A program made the translations under genes and the position numbers. Shown piece by piece: positions 39,597-49,907 of a DNA stretch of 64,000 bases. The stretch is taken from positions 32,001 through 96,000 of IMG/VR virus record IMGVR_UViG_3300013307_000671. One strand, written 5' to 3'. Within the stretch, counting starts at the first letter, position 1. Every line of letters begins with the position of its first letter. The notes beneath the pieces are model-generated. The model did not search any database, was not told the DNA's origin, and saw only the letters and a list, made by a program, of their open reading frames with translations. Source of the stretch: a virus. Lineage: Duplodnaviria > Caudoviricetes.

Positions 39597-40124
39597 TTAA
39601 AACCAGCAAAAAATACAAGAAAGCTCTTTGTGAAATCGTTTTACGGAGGCTGCCATGTTATTCCTTTTTGCCAATACATGATAAAAATATTTAGCTCGCA
39701 TCTCGCATTGATTAATAGTGTTTTTCTCAAAGTAATCTGGAATAGAAGCTTCATCATCGAAACGCCATACATCCACCGCAACAAACTCTTCTAACCCCTT
39801 ACGCTTTTCCTCCCAATGATAGAAAACACCATCATCCGCAATATATTTTACCAGTCTGACCTTACCAAGATTAAGCAACACTTCCATGCTTATATCTCGA
39901 ATGTCCGTTGCTGTTAGGCATTTTTTAATGTAATCTTCTGCCCAACTCTTATGATGAAAATTCATTTTTACATCAACAAGCTCAAGAGTATCATCCAGGC
40001 TTTTTGTGAACTCATAACGCGTTCTCTTTATCGCCTTCCAGCGTTTAAACAAAGAGCCTGTCATATATTCAATATGATAACCATCATTATTTTTTGCTAC
40101 GCGAAGCTGATTGAATAATGCCAT
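39597..40124 (-). CDS. hypothetical protein, tandem paralog of 40208..40693
   Basis: L.N.LR....GY.I.Y....FKRWK, RLV.Y...DGVFYH.EEK. Confidence 0.75.
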   Translation of the reverse strand: MALFNQLRVAKNNDGYHIEYMTGSLFKRWKAIKRTRYEFTKSLDDTLELVDVKMNFHHKSWAEDYIKKCLTATDIRDISMEVLLNLGKVRLVKYIADDGVFYHWEEKRKGLEEFVAVDVWRFDDEASIPDYFEKNTINQCEMRAKYFYHVLAKRNNMAASVKRFHKELSCIFCWF

Positions 40125-40207
40125 AATATTCGCCTCTATTATTTTGTGCGCTATAATATCAAAATATGGTTAAATATACAACGAAAAAGAGGCCGGAGCC
40201 TCTTTAT

Positions 40208-40693
40208 TTAACATGGCATACTTTCATGGACTGAAGCACGTTGGGCTTCGTATCTCAAAATCATTCTAATGTATACTTCAGCCTTATTTAACACTTTATC
40301 TCGGATATCTACACATTCATTCTCTTCATGAGTCAGACGCCATGCCTCAGCCGTCAACCACTTCTCACAAAAAGATGTCTCTTTTTCTTCAACATGATAA
40401 AACACGCCATCATTCGTAGTGTATCTGACGAGGCGAATGTTTTGGCGAGACTGTAAGACCTGAACGGATACGCTTTGCAGATCCATCATAGTAACACGCG
40501 TTCTTACGTATTCCTCCGCATCTTCTTGTGTATCAAGAATGACTCGCAGAGGCAACACATCAAACCCATAAATACACGGATCGCCGTATTGATTCTTACT
40601 CAGCGTCTTCCAGCGTTTAAACCATCCACCAAAATACTGTATTTTATAGCCATGCTTACATTCTCTTGCGCGAAGTTCATTATATAATGGCAT
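40208..40693 (-). CDS. hypothetical protein, tandem paralog of 39597..40124
   Basis: same motifs. Confidence 0.75.
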   Translation of the reverse strand: MPLYNELRARECKHGYKIQYFGGWFKRWKTLSKNQYGDPCIYGFDVLPLRVILDTQEDAEEYVRTRVTMMDLQSVSVQVLQSRQNIRLVRYTTNDGVFYHVEEKETSFCEKWLTAEAWRLTHEENECVDIRDKVLNKAEVYIRMILRYEAQRASVHESMPC

Positions 40694-40732
40694 GTTTTCA
40701 CCTTAAAGAGGCCTCCCAAAAGAGGCTATTGA

Positions 40733-41098
40733 TTAGACGTTTTCCAGATACACCAAGCGGTCTTCTTTCGGCGTTTCAAGCACAGGAATAACCGTCAGAA
40801 TCTCAGTAAGACGTTCCGCATGTTCTTTAAAGAAACGCATCTTACCATTAGGATAACGCAGGACATCTTTACCTTCAATTTGAAAAGCAACAACACTGTC
40901 ATCCGCATAAAAAAACGAAACACAGATACTCACTGAATGCCTGATAGCGTCTGTCTCAAAACCATGCTTCAGTAAGCTATAAAATACGGGCGCATAATCT
41001 TTCCCCACCAGAAAATATTTCTGGCTAGGCTTAAGCTTAGCCATCTCACGCAAAAACTCAGCTAACACGCCCTGATTCGTATACTCAATCATAATCAT
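40733..41098 (-). CDS. hypothetical protein
   Basis: GAGG RBS; box 41140-41150. Confidence 0.7.
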   Translation of the reverse strand: MIMIEYTNQGVLAEFLREMAKLKPSQKYFLVGKDYAPVFYSLLKHGFETDAIRHSVSICVSFFYADDSVVAFQIEGKDVLRYPNGKMRFFKEHAERLTEILTVIPVLETPKEDRLVYLENV

Positions 41099-41185
41099 TC
41101 CTCTCTACAAGATAAAAAGAGTATAGCATTTCTCCATATTAATGACAACAAAAAAGAGGCGCTAGCCTCTTTTTCTCCAGTCAGG

Positions 41186-41668
41186 TTAATCTACTTTGCG
41201 GATTGGAATCGCCGGTTTGGGCATTATGAAATCTTCCAAGACCTCATACAATTCGACTTCTTCAACAACACGGCAGAACTCGCCTTCATATTCTACGGGA
41301 TAATGTAGAATATTTTCGGTGAGCCAGTCATAAAAATCACCTCCATCCATATCTTCCCATACATCCTGGATATAACCGCTTAGAGCAACCTTCTGATCTT
41401 CATCAGTAATCTTCTCTTCCAAAGCCTCAATAATCAACTCTTTTAACTCTTCTGAATCCTCATACTCTTTGTTCCCAAAGCCAGGATTAGGTCGGTCGTT
41501 TTTTGATCGGAACATTTTACCAATAGTCATCAACACCAACGCTTCAGCTTTGGTCTTAACATTCGTCTGAACACTACGATAGTTGTCCGCATCATTCTCC
41601 CAAGACGTGAACACAACCAGATAACCTTTATCAAGCTTTTCCCCTGGATTTAACTTTACATCGTTCAT
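41186..41668 (-). CDS. acidic phage-type hypothetical protein
   Basis: GY.V..TSWENDADNY motif. Confidence 0.75.
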   Translation of the reverse strand: MNDVKLNPGEKLDKGYLVVFTSWENDADNYRSVQTNVKTKAEALVLMTIGKMFRSKNDRPNPGFGNKEYEDSEELKELIIEALEEKITDEDQKVALSGYIQDVWEDMDGGDFYDWLTENILHYPVEYEGEFCRVVEEVELYEVLEDFIMPKPAIPIRKVD

Positions 41669-41688
41669 TTTATTTCCTTTATTGTTTG

Positions 41689-42378
41689 TTAAAAAATATC
41701 GTCTTTATTCCAACCCAGCAATGCTGCCAGAAATGACCGTGTTTTTTCGGAGTATTTCTGATCGCTATTATCACCATGAATGATGTAATACACTTTGCGG
41801 GCAATCACCACATAAACAAACAGGAACGGCACGAACCACAGACGGTTGAAACGCTGCAGCTTGCTGGCATCGTCTGCCTGATTATTACTTTTTACGATGT
41901 AATACTTCGCATAGCGATCATCGTATTCATTTGGGAACAGAAAATCGTATAAATCATACAGCGTCTTAACGTTGTTCTCGCTCAGAACAAACAAGAACTC
42001 TTCACGGCTAAGAGTTTTCTGCCAACCACCTTTGTAGCCACTCGCCTTAGCCACAAACTCTTCACCGATAAGACGTGCCACCCACTGACCTGCAGGCGTT
42101 CTTTCATCAAAGCCCGTATATCCCGTCATCACATAACGCACGGGCGCAATGAAAATCCAGAAGACTAACGTGAACCAGATGCGATTAAGACGTTGTTGAA
42201 GCGTTGTAGGGGCATTGCCACGAGTTTTATCTACAATGTTATATGAACTACTGATTTTATCATCACCGTCATACAAGGCGTTTACAGCATCATCCAGCGT
42301 TTCTGCTTTTTCCTTTTTCAAAAGCGCATCCAAACCATAACGAGACAGCTCATGTTGCCATTTTTGAACAAAAAACAT
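41689..42378 (-). CDS. membrane-associated protein with internal tandem duplication
   Basis: two copies of WQ..LSR...Y.IV...LQ.R.NR.WF...Y...G. Confidence 0.75.
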   Translation of the reverse strand: MFFVQKWQHELSRYGLDALLKKEKAETLDDAVNALYDGDDKISSSYNIVDKTRGNAPTTLQQRLNRIWFTLVFWIFIAPVRYVMTGYTGFDERTPAGQWVARLIGEEFVAKASGYKGGWQKTLSREEFLFVLSENNVKTLYDLYDFLFPNEYDDRYAKYYIVKSNNQADDASKLQRFNRLWFVPFLFVYVVIARKVYYIIHGDNSDQKYSEKTRSFLAALLGWNKDDIF

Positions 42379-42461
42379 AACGATTTCCTCTCAGGATTAA
42401 AGCGTTATTTTACCATAATGTCTTAATGCAAACAACAAAAAACCGCCCGAAGGCGGCTTTA

Positions 42462-43148
42462 TTATTTGTGAAGTTTAACTTGATCGGTGATGCCTTTCAC
42501 CGCCTCAGCAAAGGCAAGCATCCACTGAATATCATGGTTTTCCTGCTTACCTACGATGAATGTCCATTTGCCTTCAAACAACTCCGCAGTGTAGACAGCC
42601 TTATTGTTGATGTAGGCTTTAAACACCTTTTTCATTGCCCCGCCGTAAGCCGATTCCATATAATCATTCAGCTTAACAACATACTCAGGCATCTTCGCTT
42701 TTTCATCTTGCTCGTGTTTTGCTTTTTTATCGCTTGCCAACGCATAGGCTTCAACCATTGCCCGGACGTAAGCCTTTGCTTTACCAATATTAGTTGGAAG
42801 CGCAGAAGACGATCCTACCATCCATAAATCCAGCATCATCGGATTGAACATGAACTTAATCACTTCATATCCATCTACCAGACCCACAACACCCGATAAC
42901 ACTTCTTTTACCTCAACAACACCATCAACATCGCCTTCTAAAGGATGCAAAGCCTTCGCAAACTCCGCAATGTGCGCACCTGCTTTGTTGAAGTCAGAAG
43001 ATAATAACGTTGAGCTACCGACAATATGCCCGCCCATCAGATCAGAAATAGTGATGACATTCAGATTTTGCTCAGCGACGTTGTTCATGTGTTTACCTAT
43101 AGTGTGAAGTAACTGTTTTGTTTCGATAGAAAGATTATATGACAACAT
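42462..43148 (-). CDS. hypothetical protein
   Basis: probable start MNNVA (43088); upstream part of ORF is the promoter (box 43137-43147). Confidence 0.7.
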   Translation of the reverse strand: MLSYNLSIETKQLLHTIGKHMNNVAEQNLNVITISDLMGGHIVGSSTLLSSDFNKAGAHIAEFAKALHPLEGDVDGVVEVKEVLSGVVGLVDGYEVIKFMFNPMMLDLWMVGSSSALPTNIGKAKAYVRAMVEAYALASDKKAKHEQDEKAKMPEYVVKLNDYMESAYGGAMKKVFKAYINNKAVYTAELFEGKWTFIVGKQENHDIQWMLAFAEAVKGITDQVKLHK

Positions 43149-43186
43149 TAAGTGAACCGCAAGAGAAATCTTGCGGTTTTTATAGA

Positions 43187-43624
43187 TTAAGCGGAGATAC
43201 TCAGAGAAGCCTTATGCTCTTTTTCCAGATCAAGCATTTCTTCGCATGGCGCATCACGCAAAGCCTCAGTCCAAATCTCAACAGTTTTCTTGAGATCCAC
43301 ATCCTGATATTTATACACGCCAACATCATCGATATCACACAGAAGGTTACCTTCAAAACTTGATGGTGAGAATGGCAGAGAATAAACCACGAAATCACCG
43401 TTTTTCATAACCACCGTGCGCCCGTGAAAACCTTCGATTTCCGCTTTAACTGCAACGATTTCATGCAGCTTGTAGTAAGAAACAATCTCAAGAGCAATAT
43501 CGATTGCCTCTTCCTTTTCAGCAAAAACACTTTCTTTATGCATGGCATAACCATTTTCGGTGCGACCATAACTTTCATCGCCAAAAGTGGCACCATCTTT
43601 ATTAACTTCTACTGATGCAGACAT
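43187..43624 (-). CDS. acidic hypothetical protein
   Basis: AGGAG RBS. Confidence 0.7.
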   Translation of the reverse strand: MSASVEVNKDGATFGDESYGRTENGYAMHKESVFAEKEEAIDIALEIVSYYKLHEIVAVKAEIEGFHGRTVVMKNGDFVVYSLPFSPSSFEGNLLCDIDDVGVYKYQDVDLKKTVEIWTEALRDAPCEEMLDLEKEHKASLSISA

Positions 43625-43658
43625 AAACTCTCCTGAATATGAAATGATTTGGCGCTAC

Positions 43659-43973
43659 TTACGCCACAATAGACCAGTCATTCAACTTCGTGATCTTCTG
43701 CAGAGCCGCTAAGACTTGCTTCGCATTTTTATCGCTGTAATCCGTGATCGCATCACGTAAAGCTGCCCTCAGTGCATCACCTTCACCCTGATAGCCTCTT
43801 TTCAGGCCTGCGTTAAACATGACATTGGATAAGCCCATGACAACGCCAAACTGATTTACCATAACAATACGACCATTCTCAAAGCAAGTCAGCGTATCAG
43901 TATTCCCCGAACTATCTTTACGCGCAAACTTCATTTTCTTTACAACTACTTTTTCAGTCGTCGCCATTTTCAT
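43659..43973 (-). CDS. hypothetical protein
   Basis: GAGGA RBS; box 43986-43996. Confidence 0.7.
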   Translation of the reverse strand: MKMATTEKVVVKKMKFARKDSSGNTDTLTCFENGRIVMVNQFGVVMGLSNVMFNAGLKRGYQGEGDALRAALRDAITDYSDKNAKQVLAALQKITKLNDWSIVA

Positions 43974-44038
43974 ATCCTCTCAGATTAATGACAATATGAT
44001 ATCACACGACATTATGAAATAAAAGCATTATCTGCGCA

Positions 44039-44545
44039 TTACTTCATTAAATCATAGATATTTTTAAGCTCGTCCGGCTTAACACCTTTTCTTCCTCGTG
44101 GATTCCAGTTTACGTCATACTGGTTATCCACGCCGCTGTTTACCTGAATACCTATGAAATCAAACTGAGACAGATCTTTAGCTTTCAAATACACTGCTAA
44201 ATCTGGCACATGATTAACATAGCCATCAATAAAACCGCTCATATCCGCATCCCATGCTTCAAGGTCAGCAACAAAAGAAGGCAGCATTTCTACCGGGATG
44301 ACCGTATAGTCATATGTGGCTAACAACACTGTTTTGTGATGATGTGGCAGTCTGCTATCCTTATACAGAGGCCAAAGCTTATCGTAATCGCTATCTTCAG
44401 GCATACGCTCAAAATAGTCCAGACCAAGATATTGCTTGAAATAAGCCGCCCATACCATCAGGCTTAAACCACGACCATTTTTAAAACTGGTTAACCACTG
44501 CGTTTTTTGACCCTCTTTGATGCCATAAATAACCGATTCACTCAT
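44039..44545 (-). CDS. hypothetical protein
   Basis: 168 aa. Confidence 0.7.
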   Translation of the reverse strand: MSESVIYGIKEGQKTQWLTSFKNGRGLSLMVWAAYFKQYLGLDYFERMPEDSDYDKLWPLYKDSRLPHHHKTVLLATYDYTVIPVEMLPSFVADLEAWDADMSGFIDGYVNHVPDLAVYLKAKDLSQFDFIGIQVNSGVDNQYDVNWNPRGRKGVKPDELKNIYDLMK

Positions 44546-44612
44546 AAAAACCCCTTAAAATGATAATCTTCTCCAAAAGAAAAAGAGAGCCTAAGCCCTC
44601 TCTTTTATTCTA

Positions 44613-44987
44613 TCATGCAGCTTTCGTAGAAACAAATGGACTGCTGTGATCACCAAAGCTTAAGCGCGTATAGTAGGAAGGGACACTGCCATAATCACCA
44701 TCTTCAGCGATAATATGATTTTTACTATCCAGTGCATCCAGAATAGCTTCAATGGCCTGACCCACTTCAACATTAACAAAGTCCTTAGCGCGTGAGAAAG
44801 TGTTCACATCAACATGAGGACGCTGAGTTTCTGGCTTAACATCCGTCAGCTCAATCGGCGCAGACTTGATCATCACGCGAAGCGTCGAATAGTTGTAAAC
44901 TTTAAAAGATGCTTTCCAGCCTTTCGGTAAAACAGCCTTAACACGTTTTACCAGCTCTGCTTTCAGTTCTTTGCTTACGTAGCCCAT
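44613..44987 (-). CDS. MGE-type hypothetical protein (possibly polyvalent-protein-associated domain)
   Basis: MGYVSKE.K......K..LP..WK.S..V.NYSTL...I ; D.DY....YY..L. Confidence 0.65.
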   Translation of the reverse strand: MGYVSKELKAELVKRVKAVLPKGWKASFKVYNYSTLRVMIKSAPIELTDVKPETQRPHVDVNTFSRAKDFVNVEVGQAIEAILDALDSKNHIIAEDGDYGSVPSYYTRLSFGDHSSPFVSTKAA

Positions 44988-45068
44988 TTTGACAATCCCA
45001 TTCTCGTTTCGATAAAAACAGTATAGGCTTTAATGACAACAACGTCAATCTTTTTTTACCGCGATATG

Positions 45069-45091
45069 AAAAAACCGCCCGGAGGCGGCTT
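45069..45091 (-). terminator. CCGCC-CGGA-GGCGG family terminator
   Basis: AAAAAACCGCCCGGAGGCGGCTT. Confidence 0.85.
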
Positions 45092-45097
45092 GTTAGT

Positions 45098-45592
45098 TTA
45101 GGGCATCTTTACTTCGTCATCTTTGACTTTCTCAACTGTTTTCCCGTCCGGCTTCACTTCTATCACACGTTCTGAGGGAAACTTGAATGAAGCGTATCGG
45201 AGCAGCCATAAAGAACCACATAATACCAGAATGCCTACGCAGTAAAACACAATAACTCTGAAATCTTCGCCATGATCGGTAATCAGGCCAATCAGATGAC
45301 GCGTCATAGCCGTTATAGCAATGTAAATGATAAAACGGATAGGTAGATGGTTTGTCTTGAAGTAAACACCTACCATTGCGCCTAACTCAAGATAAATGAA
45401 CAGCGTTAGCACGTTTTCAATGCCCGGCTTGCCCATATCCAAAACATGACACAACTCAATGATAGACGCCCAAATAACGACACCACCAATCATGAACAAG
45501 CCGAGATAATGGAATGTTCCGATCAGCGCATTTCCAGAAAAGTCTACCCACTCCTTAATCTGACTACCCTTAGCCTTCAAGTTTTCCATCAT
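45098..45592 (-). CDS. PsiE-family (phosphate-starvation-inducible) membrane protein
   Basis: LFIYLELGAMVGVYFKTNHLPIRFIIYIAITAMTR. Confidence 0.85.
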   Translation of the reverse strand: MMENLKAKGSQIKEWVDFSGNALIGTFHYLGLFMIGGVVIWASIIELCHVLDMGKPGIENVLTLFIYLELGAMVGVYFKTNHLPIRFIIYIAITAMTRHLIGLITDHGEDFRVIVFYCVGILVLCGSLWLLRYASFKFPSERVIEVKPDGKTVEKVKDDEVKMP

Positions 45593-45678
45593 TACACCTC
45601 TTAAATCAATAGTATGCTGTCATTATAGTGTGATTTGTATCACAAAAGCAATAGGACGTTTCGTAAAGATTTAAAAAG

Positions 45679-45700
45679 AAAAACCGCCCGGAGGCGGCTT
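45679..45700 (-). terminator. CCGCC-CGGA-GGCGG family terminator
   Basis: AAAAACCGCCCGGAGGCGGCTT. Confidence 0.85.
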
Positions 45701-45704
45701 AATG

Positions 45705-46286
45705 TTATGGCGTGATCTTACCTATACAAACAGCTCCAGTGTTTTCCAGGCTTTTCAAATCATCCACAGAGAAGAGGTCATCTTTAAGCTTATACTTACT
45801 GCCTTCATTAATCTCTACATACCAAATCTGTCTTTTCTCCAGATTAGAGACGTTATCAATATCAAGGATGTAGCCGAACACACCGTTTCCTAAAACAATA
45901 ACCTGATCGCATTTAAACTCATTGCTATTTGCCGTGAACTTTTCAGCATCTAATGCTGAGAAGGTAACGCCTTCATCTTTCACCATAAAAGAAAAATCTT
46001 TTTGGCATTCAAGCATACGGCTAACATCAATATCTTTATCAGACATACGCTTACCAGAGACACCATACACTTTCTCCAGATCGCCTGCGCCTTTTACCAC
46101 GAAAACGCCCACTTCGGCATCAGATTGCAGCAAACCGCTTTTCCAGTCAGCATAACACGTCAGTTCTCGCATATCTTTTTCAGCTTCTGTCGCATTGGCA
46201 TTGTAAAGACGCACAGCCTCAACTGATTCAAGCATCCACTCGCCATTCAGATTAACCATGACCATTGCAAAAGGTTTAATATTCAT
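45705..46286 (-). CDS. hypothetical protein
   Basis: 193 aa single-gene cassette. Confidence 0.7.
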   Translation of the reverse strand: MNIKPFAMVMVNLNGEWMLESVEAVRLYNANATEAEKDMRELTCYADWKSGLLQSDAEVGVFVVKGAGDLEKVYGVSGKRMSDKDIDVSRMLECQKDFSFMVKDEGVTFSALDAEKFTANSNEFKCDQVIVLGNGVFGYILDIDNVSNLEKRQIWYVEINEGSKYKLKDDLFSVDDLKSLENTGAVCIGKITP

Positions 46287-46347
46287 TTCATTTTCTCATT
46301 AAGTAATGCATGTTGACATTATACCTGCATCTTTTATCTTGTGCAAC

Positions 46348-46370
46348 AAAAAACCGCCCGGAGGCGGCTT
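46348..46370 (-). terminator. CCGCC-CGGA-GGCGG family terminator, U-tract fused to next -35
   Basis: gtgcaac-AAAAAACCGCCCGGAGGCGGCTT. Confidence 0.85.
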
Positions 46371-46373
46371 CTT

Positions 46374-46607
46374 TTAACGCTTAAACAAATCTTTCAGGGC
46401 TGGCATAATGTAAGGATGCACAATAAAATGGCAAATAGCTGCAACAATAATCGTGGTAATAGCCGCACCGAAAAATGCACTTACAACGCCATCATGTCCG
46501 ACATTATCAAGGAAATTCCAGCCAAAAATAACACCATTGATGACAAGATTTGCGCCTTTACTTTCTTCCTTCACAAACTCACGCAATTTTTCTTTAGCTT
46601 CACTCAT
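46374..46607 (-). CDS. small membrane protein
   Basis: AGGAG RBS, hydrophobic. Confidence 0.6.
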   Translation of the reverse strand: MSEAKEKLREFVKEESKGANLVINGVIFGWNFLDNVGHDGVVSAFFGAAITTIIVAAICHFIVHPYIMPALKDLFKR

Positions 46608-46721
46608 CTAACTCTCTCCTGTATTTTTTACGATTATCTTTGATTGCCATACTAAAAGCAACAAAATTTTCAATGATTTACTTTTCTGAACAAAGACTTT
46701 TTTTGAAGGCTGTTTTTATCT

Positions 46722-46913
46722 TTACCGCTGAAACACGCGCAGACGAGGAATAACAAAGAACGTCATTACAACCATCACGAAAGCCACAACAGCCGATGAC
46801 TGAGCAAAAGCTTCAGCAAAGCCCGCGTTTTTATACGCTATAAGGAATGATGTGATAAAACTCAGAATATAACCTACTATCATGATCGGATTAAAACCTT
46901 CTTTACAGTTCAT
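46722..46913 (-). CDS. small membrane protein
   Basis: two TM-like segments; box 46951-46961. Confidence 0.6.
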   Translation of the reverse strand: MNCKEGFNPIMIVGYILSFITSFLIAYKNAGFAEAFAQSSAVVAFVMVVMTFFVIPRLRVFQR

Positions 46914-46976
46914 ATTCCTGCCTCTCTTTCAATACAAACATTATCACCTATAATGACAATAAAAAGCAACTGCTTT

Positions 46977-47186
46977 CTACTCTTTTTTAGGATTAACCTT
47001 ATCCAAAAGATAGCTTCCAGTCATAATGAAAAGCGTCATTACAAACGAGATAGCAAACGATGTTAGCATAGGTAGTTTACCCAGCAGTGCCGCCGTGATA
47101 AACATCATCACAAAACAAAACAGATTCCAGCGGAAGTTTACACCTTTTAACTCGCTTTCACAGATCTTAATCAGCATTGCTTTCAT
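46977..47186 (-). CDS. small membrane protein
   Basis: two TM-like segments; box 47212-47222. Confidence 0.6.
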   Translation of the reverse strand: MKAMLIKICESELKGVNFRWNLFCFVMMFITAALLGKLPMLTSFAISFVMTLFIMTGSYLLDKVNPKKE

Positions 47187-47446
47187 ATCGAAACTTCCCG
47201 TATCGTTGATTTAATGACAATATATCAGTTGTTAGCGTTCTATGCAAGGTTTTTTACTTCCGGGACGGACGACCTTATTGATTTCTCAGCGAAGTCATCA
47301 TCATTTCTAAAATCTCAACTGCAGAATAACCTGGCTGCCCCATGCTTTTCTTGAAATCGCCCATCTCACGCAAAAAACTTCGGGAAGTGCCGTGCATGAA
47401 CTTCTTATCCAGACCTTTCATCAAACAACATTTTCTGATAACCATT

Positions 47447-47935
47447 TTAATCTCTCAGATCAACCGTAATGCCTTCAAACTCAAAATCATGGCTACACGC
47501 TGACACCTGCGCATTGATCGTCTGATTCCCACCCGCAGACAGCCATCCTGTCATGTTAATACAATCGCGTGAATCTTCAGACTTCACCATATCCATAAAA
47601 TGCTGCGCCTTGTAATTGATACGGTCTTCATCACCTCCGTATTTATCTTCCATATTAATGCCCATGCTTTCTACACCACGAACCAAAGCCTCATGATAGC
47701 TTTCGCCATTTTGAATAGCCACAGAAATACTGTAAGTTCCAAGCAGTGGCTTAACATTCGCTATCGCAAAGTCATCATCGGTATCAACCTCAATAAATAG
47801 CACCTCTTTATTATTCGAAGCATCATATTCCGCTTTTTTCTTCTCCAGCGCATCGAGAAATAAAGAAGCATTGCCTTTCAGCTTAGCACCTTTCAATGAT
47901 GAAATAATATCTTTGATTTTTACCACTTTATTCAT
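47447..47935 (-). CDS. hypothetical protein (family with 49315 and 57308)
   Basis: ISSLKG..L.G.A..FL..L, GESY...LVR. Confidence 0.75.
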   Translation of the reverse strand: MNKVVKIKDIISSLKGAKLKGNASLFLDALEKKKAEYDASNNKEVLFIEVDTDDDFAIANVKPLLGTYSISVAIQNGESYHEALVRGVESMGINMEDKYGGDEDRINYKAQHFMDMVKSEDSRDCINMTGWLSAGGNQTINAQVSACSHDFEFEGITVDLRD

Positions 47936-47950
47936 TTTCTTTCCTTTTAG

Positions 47951-48670
47951 TTAAAGATAAACCATTTTTTTTGTTACTACATCGAAATGCAGGAGCGTCA
48001 ACTCACTTTTACTTCCGTAAGTATCAATATAATACCGATTCTGGAAACGTAGCGGCTCAGGAAGCGTTGTATGACCATGAATCAGATAATCTACACCAGA
48101 TACACTAGGAAGCTCATCCGCGTCCTCTACAAGCACTCTGCGAATCACAGTCCGGTCCCACATAAGATTAGCCCGGTAGCCTTTATTTCGCTTAGCCTTC
48201 CTGATAATCTTATGCCATTGCTGAGGCTTATCATTATCAAATGGCACACCACCATGAATCACACCAAAGCTCACTCCTGCCTGTTCAACTTCTAAAAGCA
48301 ACGAGAAATGACTCAGGAGCAGTTTTTTATATTTCTTAAGGTTAGACTCGCCTAACTGCTTAACGGTCGCCTCAGAGCCATTGCGAGCGTCATTAAACCA
48401 TTTCTCAGGCTTAGTGTCATGCTCAAGCAGAAAGTTATCATGATTGCCTATTACACCATAACAGTTCGGCGTTTCCATGAAGAAGTTTATCACCTCCGCA
48501 ATCTTCGGACCACGATCAACCAGATCACCTTCAGAAATAAGATAATCCCGACCAAACTGAAAGCCGACTTCTTTCAACTTTCGAAGTAGTTCATGATATT
48601 GCCCATGAATATCACCGACAAAAAATAAACGGCTATCTGTGGGGATGGCTACTTTTTTATATATTTTCAT
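47951..48670 (-). CDS. PphA/NinI-like Ser/Thr metallophosphoesterase
   Basis: GDIHG, GDLVDRG, GNHD, HGG, WDR, HGHT, IDT. Confidence 0.9.
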   Translation of the reverse strand: MKIYKKVAIPTDSRLFFVGDIHGQYHELLRKLKEVGFQFGRDYLISEGDLVDRGPKIAEVINFFMETPNCYGVIGNHDNFLLEHDTKPEKWFNDARNGSEATVKQLGESNLKKYKKLLLSHFSLLLEVEQAGVSFGVIHGGVPFDNDKPQQWHKIIRKAKRNKGYRANLMWDRTVIRRVLVEDADELPSVSGVDYLIHGHTTLPEPLRFQNRYYIDTYGSKSELTLLHFDVVTKKMVYL

Positions 48671-49305
48671 TTGACTTCCTTATATGACCACTCGCTCACT
48701 TTTGATGGGAAAATACAATACAGTGGCAAACTCAGCGCATTGATATTATCATTATACGCCCAATAGATTCCGTCTACATCAGTATGGCGCTTTATCAGCT
48801 CAATAAAGGCATACTCTTCACCACTTAACCGGACATTTTCCTCAGAAATACCTAAAGCCTCACAAAGCTCAGGCGTTCCAACATAGCAAAACTCATCCTT
48901 AATCTGATCTTCGCTTTCGCACTCGTTCAGCGCCTCAGCATAGCCAGAGAATGTCATGAAACATAACTCTTCAGTTTCAGCATCCTCAAACTCAACACGA
49001 TAGATCAGTTCTTTTTTCAGTAAACCTTCATCTACAGCAAGCTCTAAAAGCTTGAAGCGTGTCTCTGCATAACGCTCTGATTTCATTAAAGGTAAAATAC
49101 TAATGAACTCGCTCTTCTCTTTAGAAAAAGAAAACAGCTTATCAGACGGTTTCAAGTTAAGTAGTTTTGCCCATTTCTCAGGACAAACTGAAAGAGACAG
49201 GTTATTGCCCTCATAAGAGCTTGTTTTCTTGCTAACATTTTCACTGTTCATCGTTCCCCAATGAAACAAAGAAGCAGCAGAAACTTTCGGGAAATAACCT
49301 ATCAT
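48667..49305 (-). CDS. hypothetical protein, possible ART-like fold
   Basis: LFHWGT...SYEG..LSLS..P..W...DGIYW. Confidence 0.6.
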   Translation of the reverse strand: MIGYFPKVSAASLFHWGTMNSENVSKKTSSYEGNNLSLSVCPEKWAKLLNLKPSDKLFSFSKEKSEFISILPLMKSERYAETRFKLLELAVDEGLLKKELIYRVEFEDAETEELCFMTFSGYAEALNECESEDQIKDEFCYVGTPELCEALGISEENVRLSGEEYAFIELIKRHTDVDGIYWAYNDNINALSLPLYCIFPSKVSEWSYKEVK

Positions 49306-49314
49306 GATGACCTC

Positions 49315-49776
49315 TTAGCGTGTCAGATCGATTTTGATTAATGTTGCGGTAGGCGTATTAACTTTACTGATAAAGATATCCATCTCTCCAGTAAAAATTT
49401 GATCCTCACCTAACGCCTCAATAGCAGAGTTAAGCCCTTTATAGCTTTCAATCTCAGCTATAACGCCTTTAACAGCGCTTTCCTCATTAGATGTAAACGG
49501 GATAGTTTTCAGATGGCGAAGAACTGTATCAAAATAGGTCTCCCCTTCCAGCATTTCAACCTCTTCCTTGCTGAAATATTTATCACGCTCAATCAGCACA
49601 ACAGCGCACTCACTGATCTCAATATCAATCATCAGGCGAGGACGCATCTCCAACTGAGCACGACGACCTTCACTGTCTTTAACAAGCTTATCAAAGAATG
49701 CTTTTGCTTCTCCGGTAAGATTATGACCTTTCAGAGATTCAATCAGATTGCTGGCACTAAACGTTTTTTCGCACAT
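49315..49776 (-). CDS. hypothetical protein (family with 47447 and 57308)
   Basis: IESLKG..LTG.A, GETYFDTVLR. Confidence 0.75.
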   Translation of the reverse strand: MCEKTFSASNLIESLKGHNLTGEAKAFFDKLVKDSEGRRAQLEMRPRLMIDIEISECAVVLIERDKYFSKEEVEMLEGETYFDTVLRHLKTIPFTSNEESAVKGVIAEIESYKGLNSAIEALGEDQIFTGEMDIFISKVNTPTATLIKIDLTR

Positions 49777-49907
49777 AAAGAGTTTTCCTTTTAAGTAAGT
49801 GATTCATTATAGCAGAAAGGCATCATTAATGACAATAATTATCTTCATTAAAACAAAAAAGCCACCCTGCTGGATGGCCTTTTAATTCTTATTTATAATC
49901 CTGAGTA

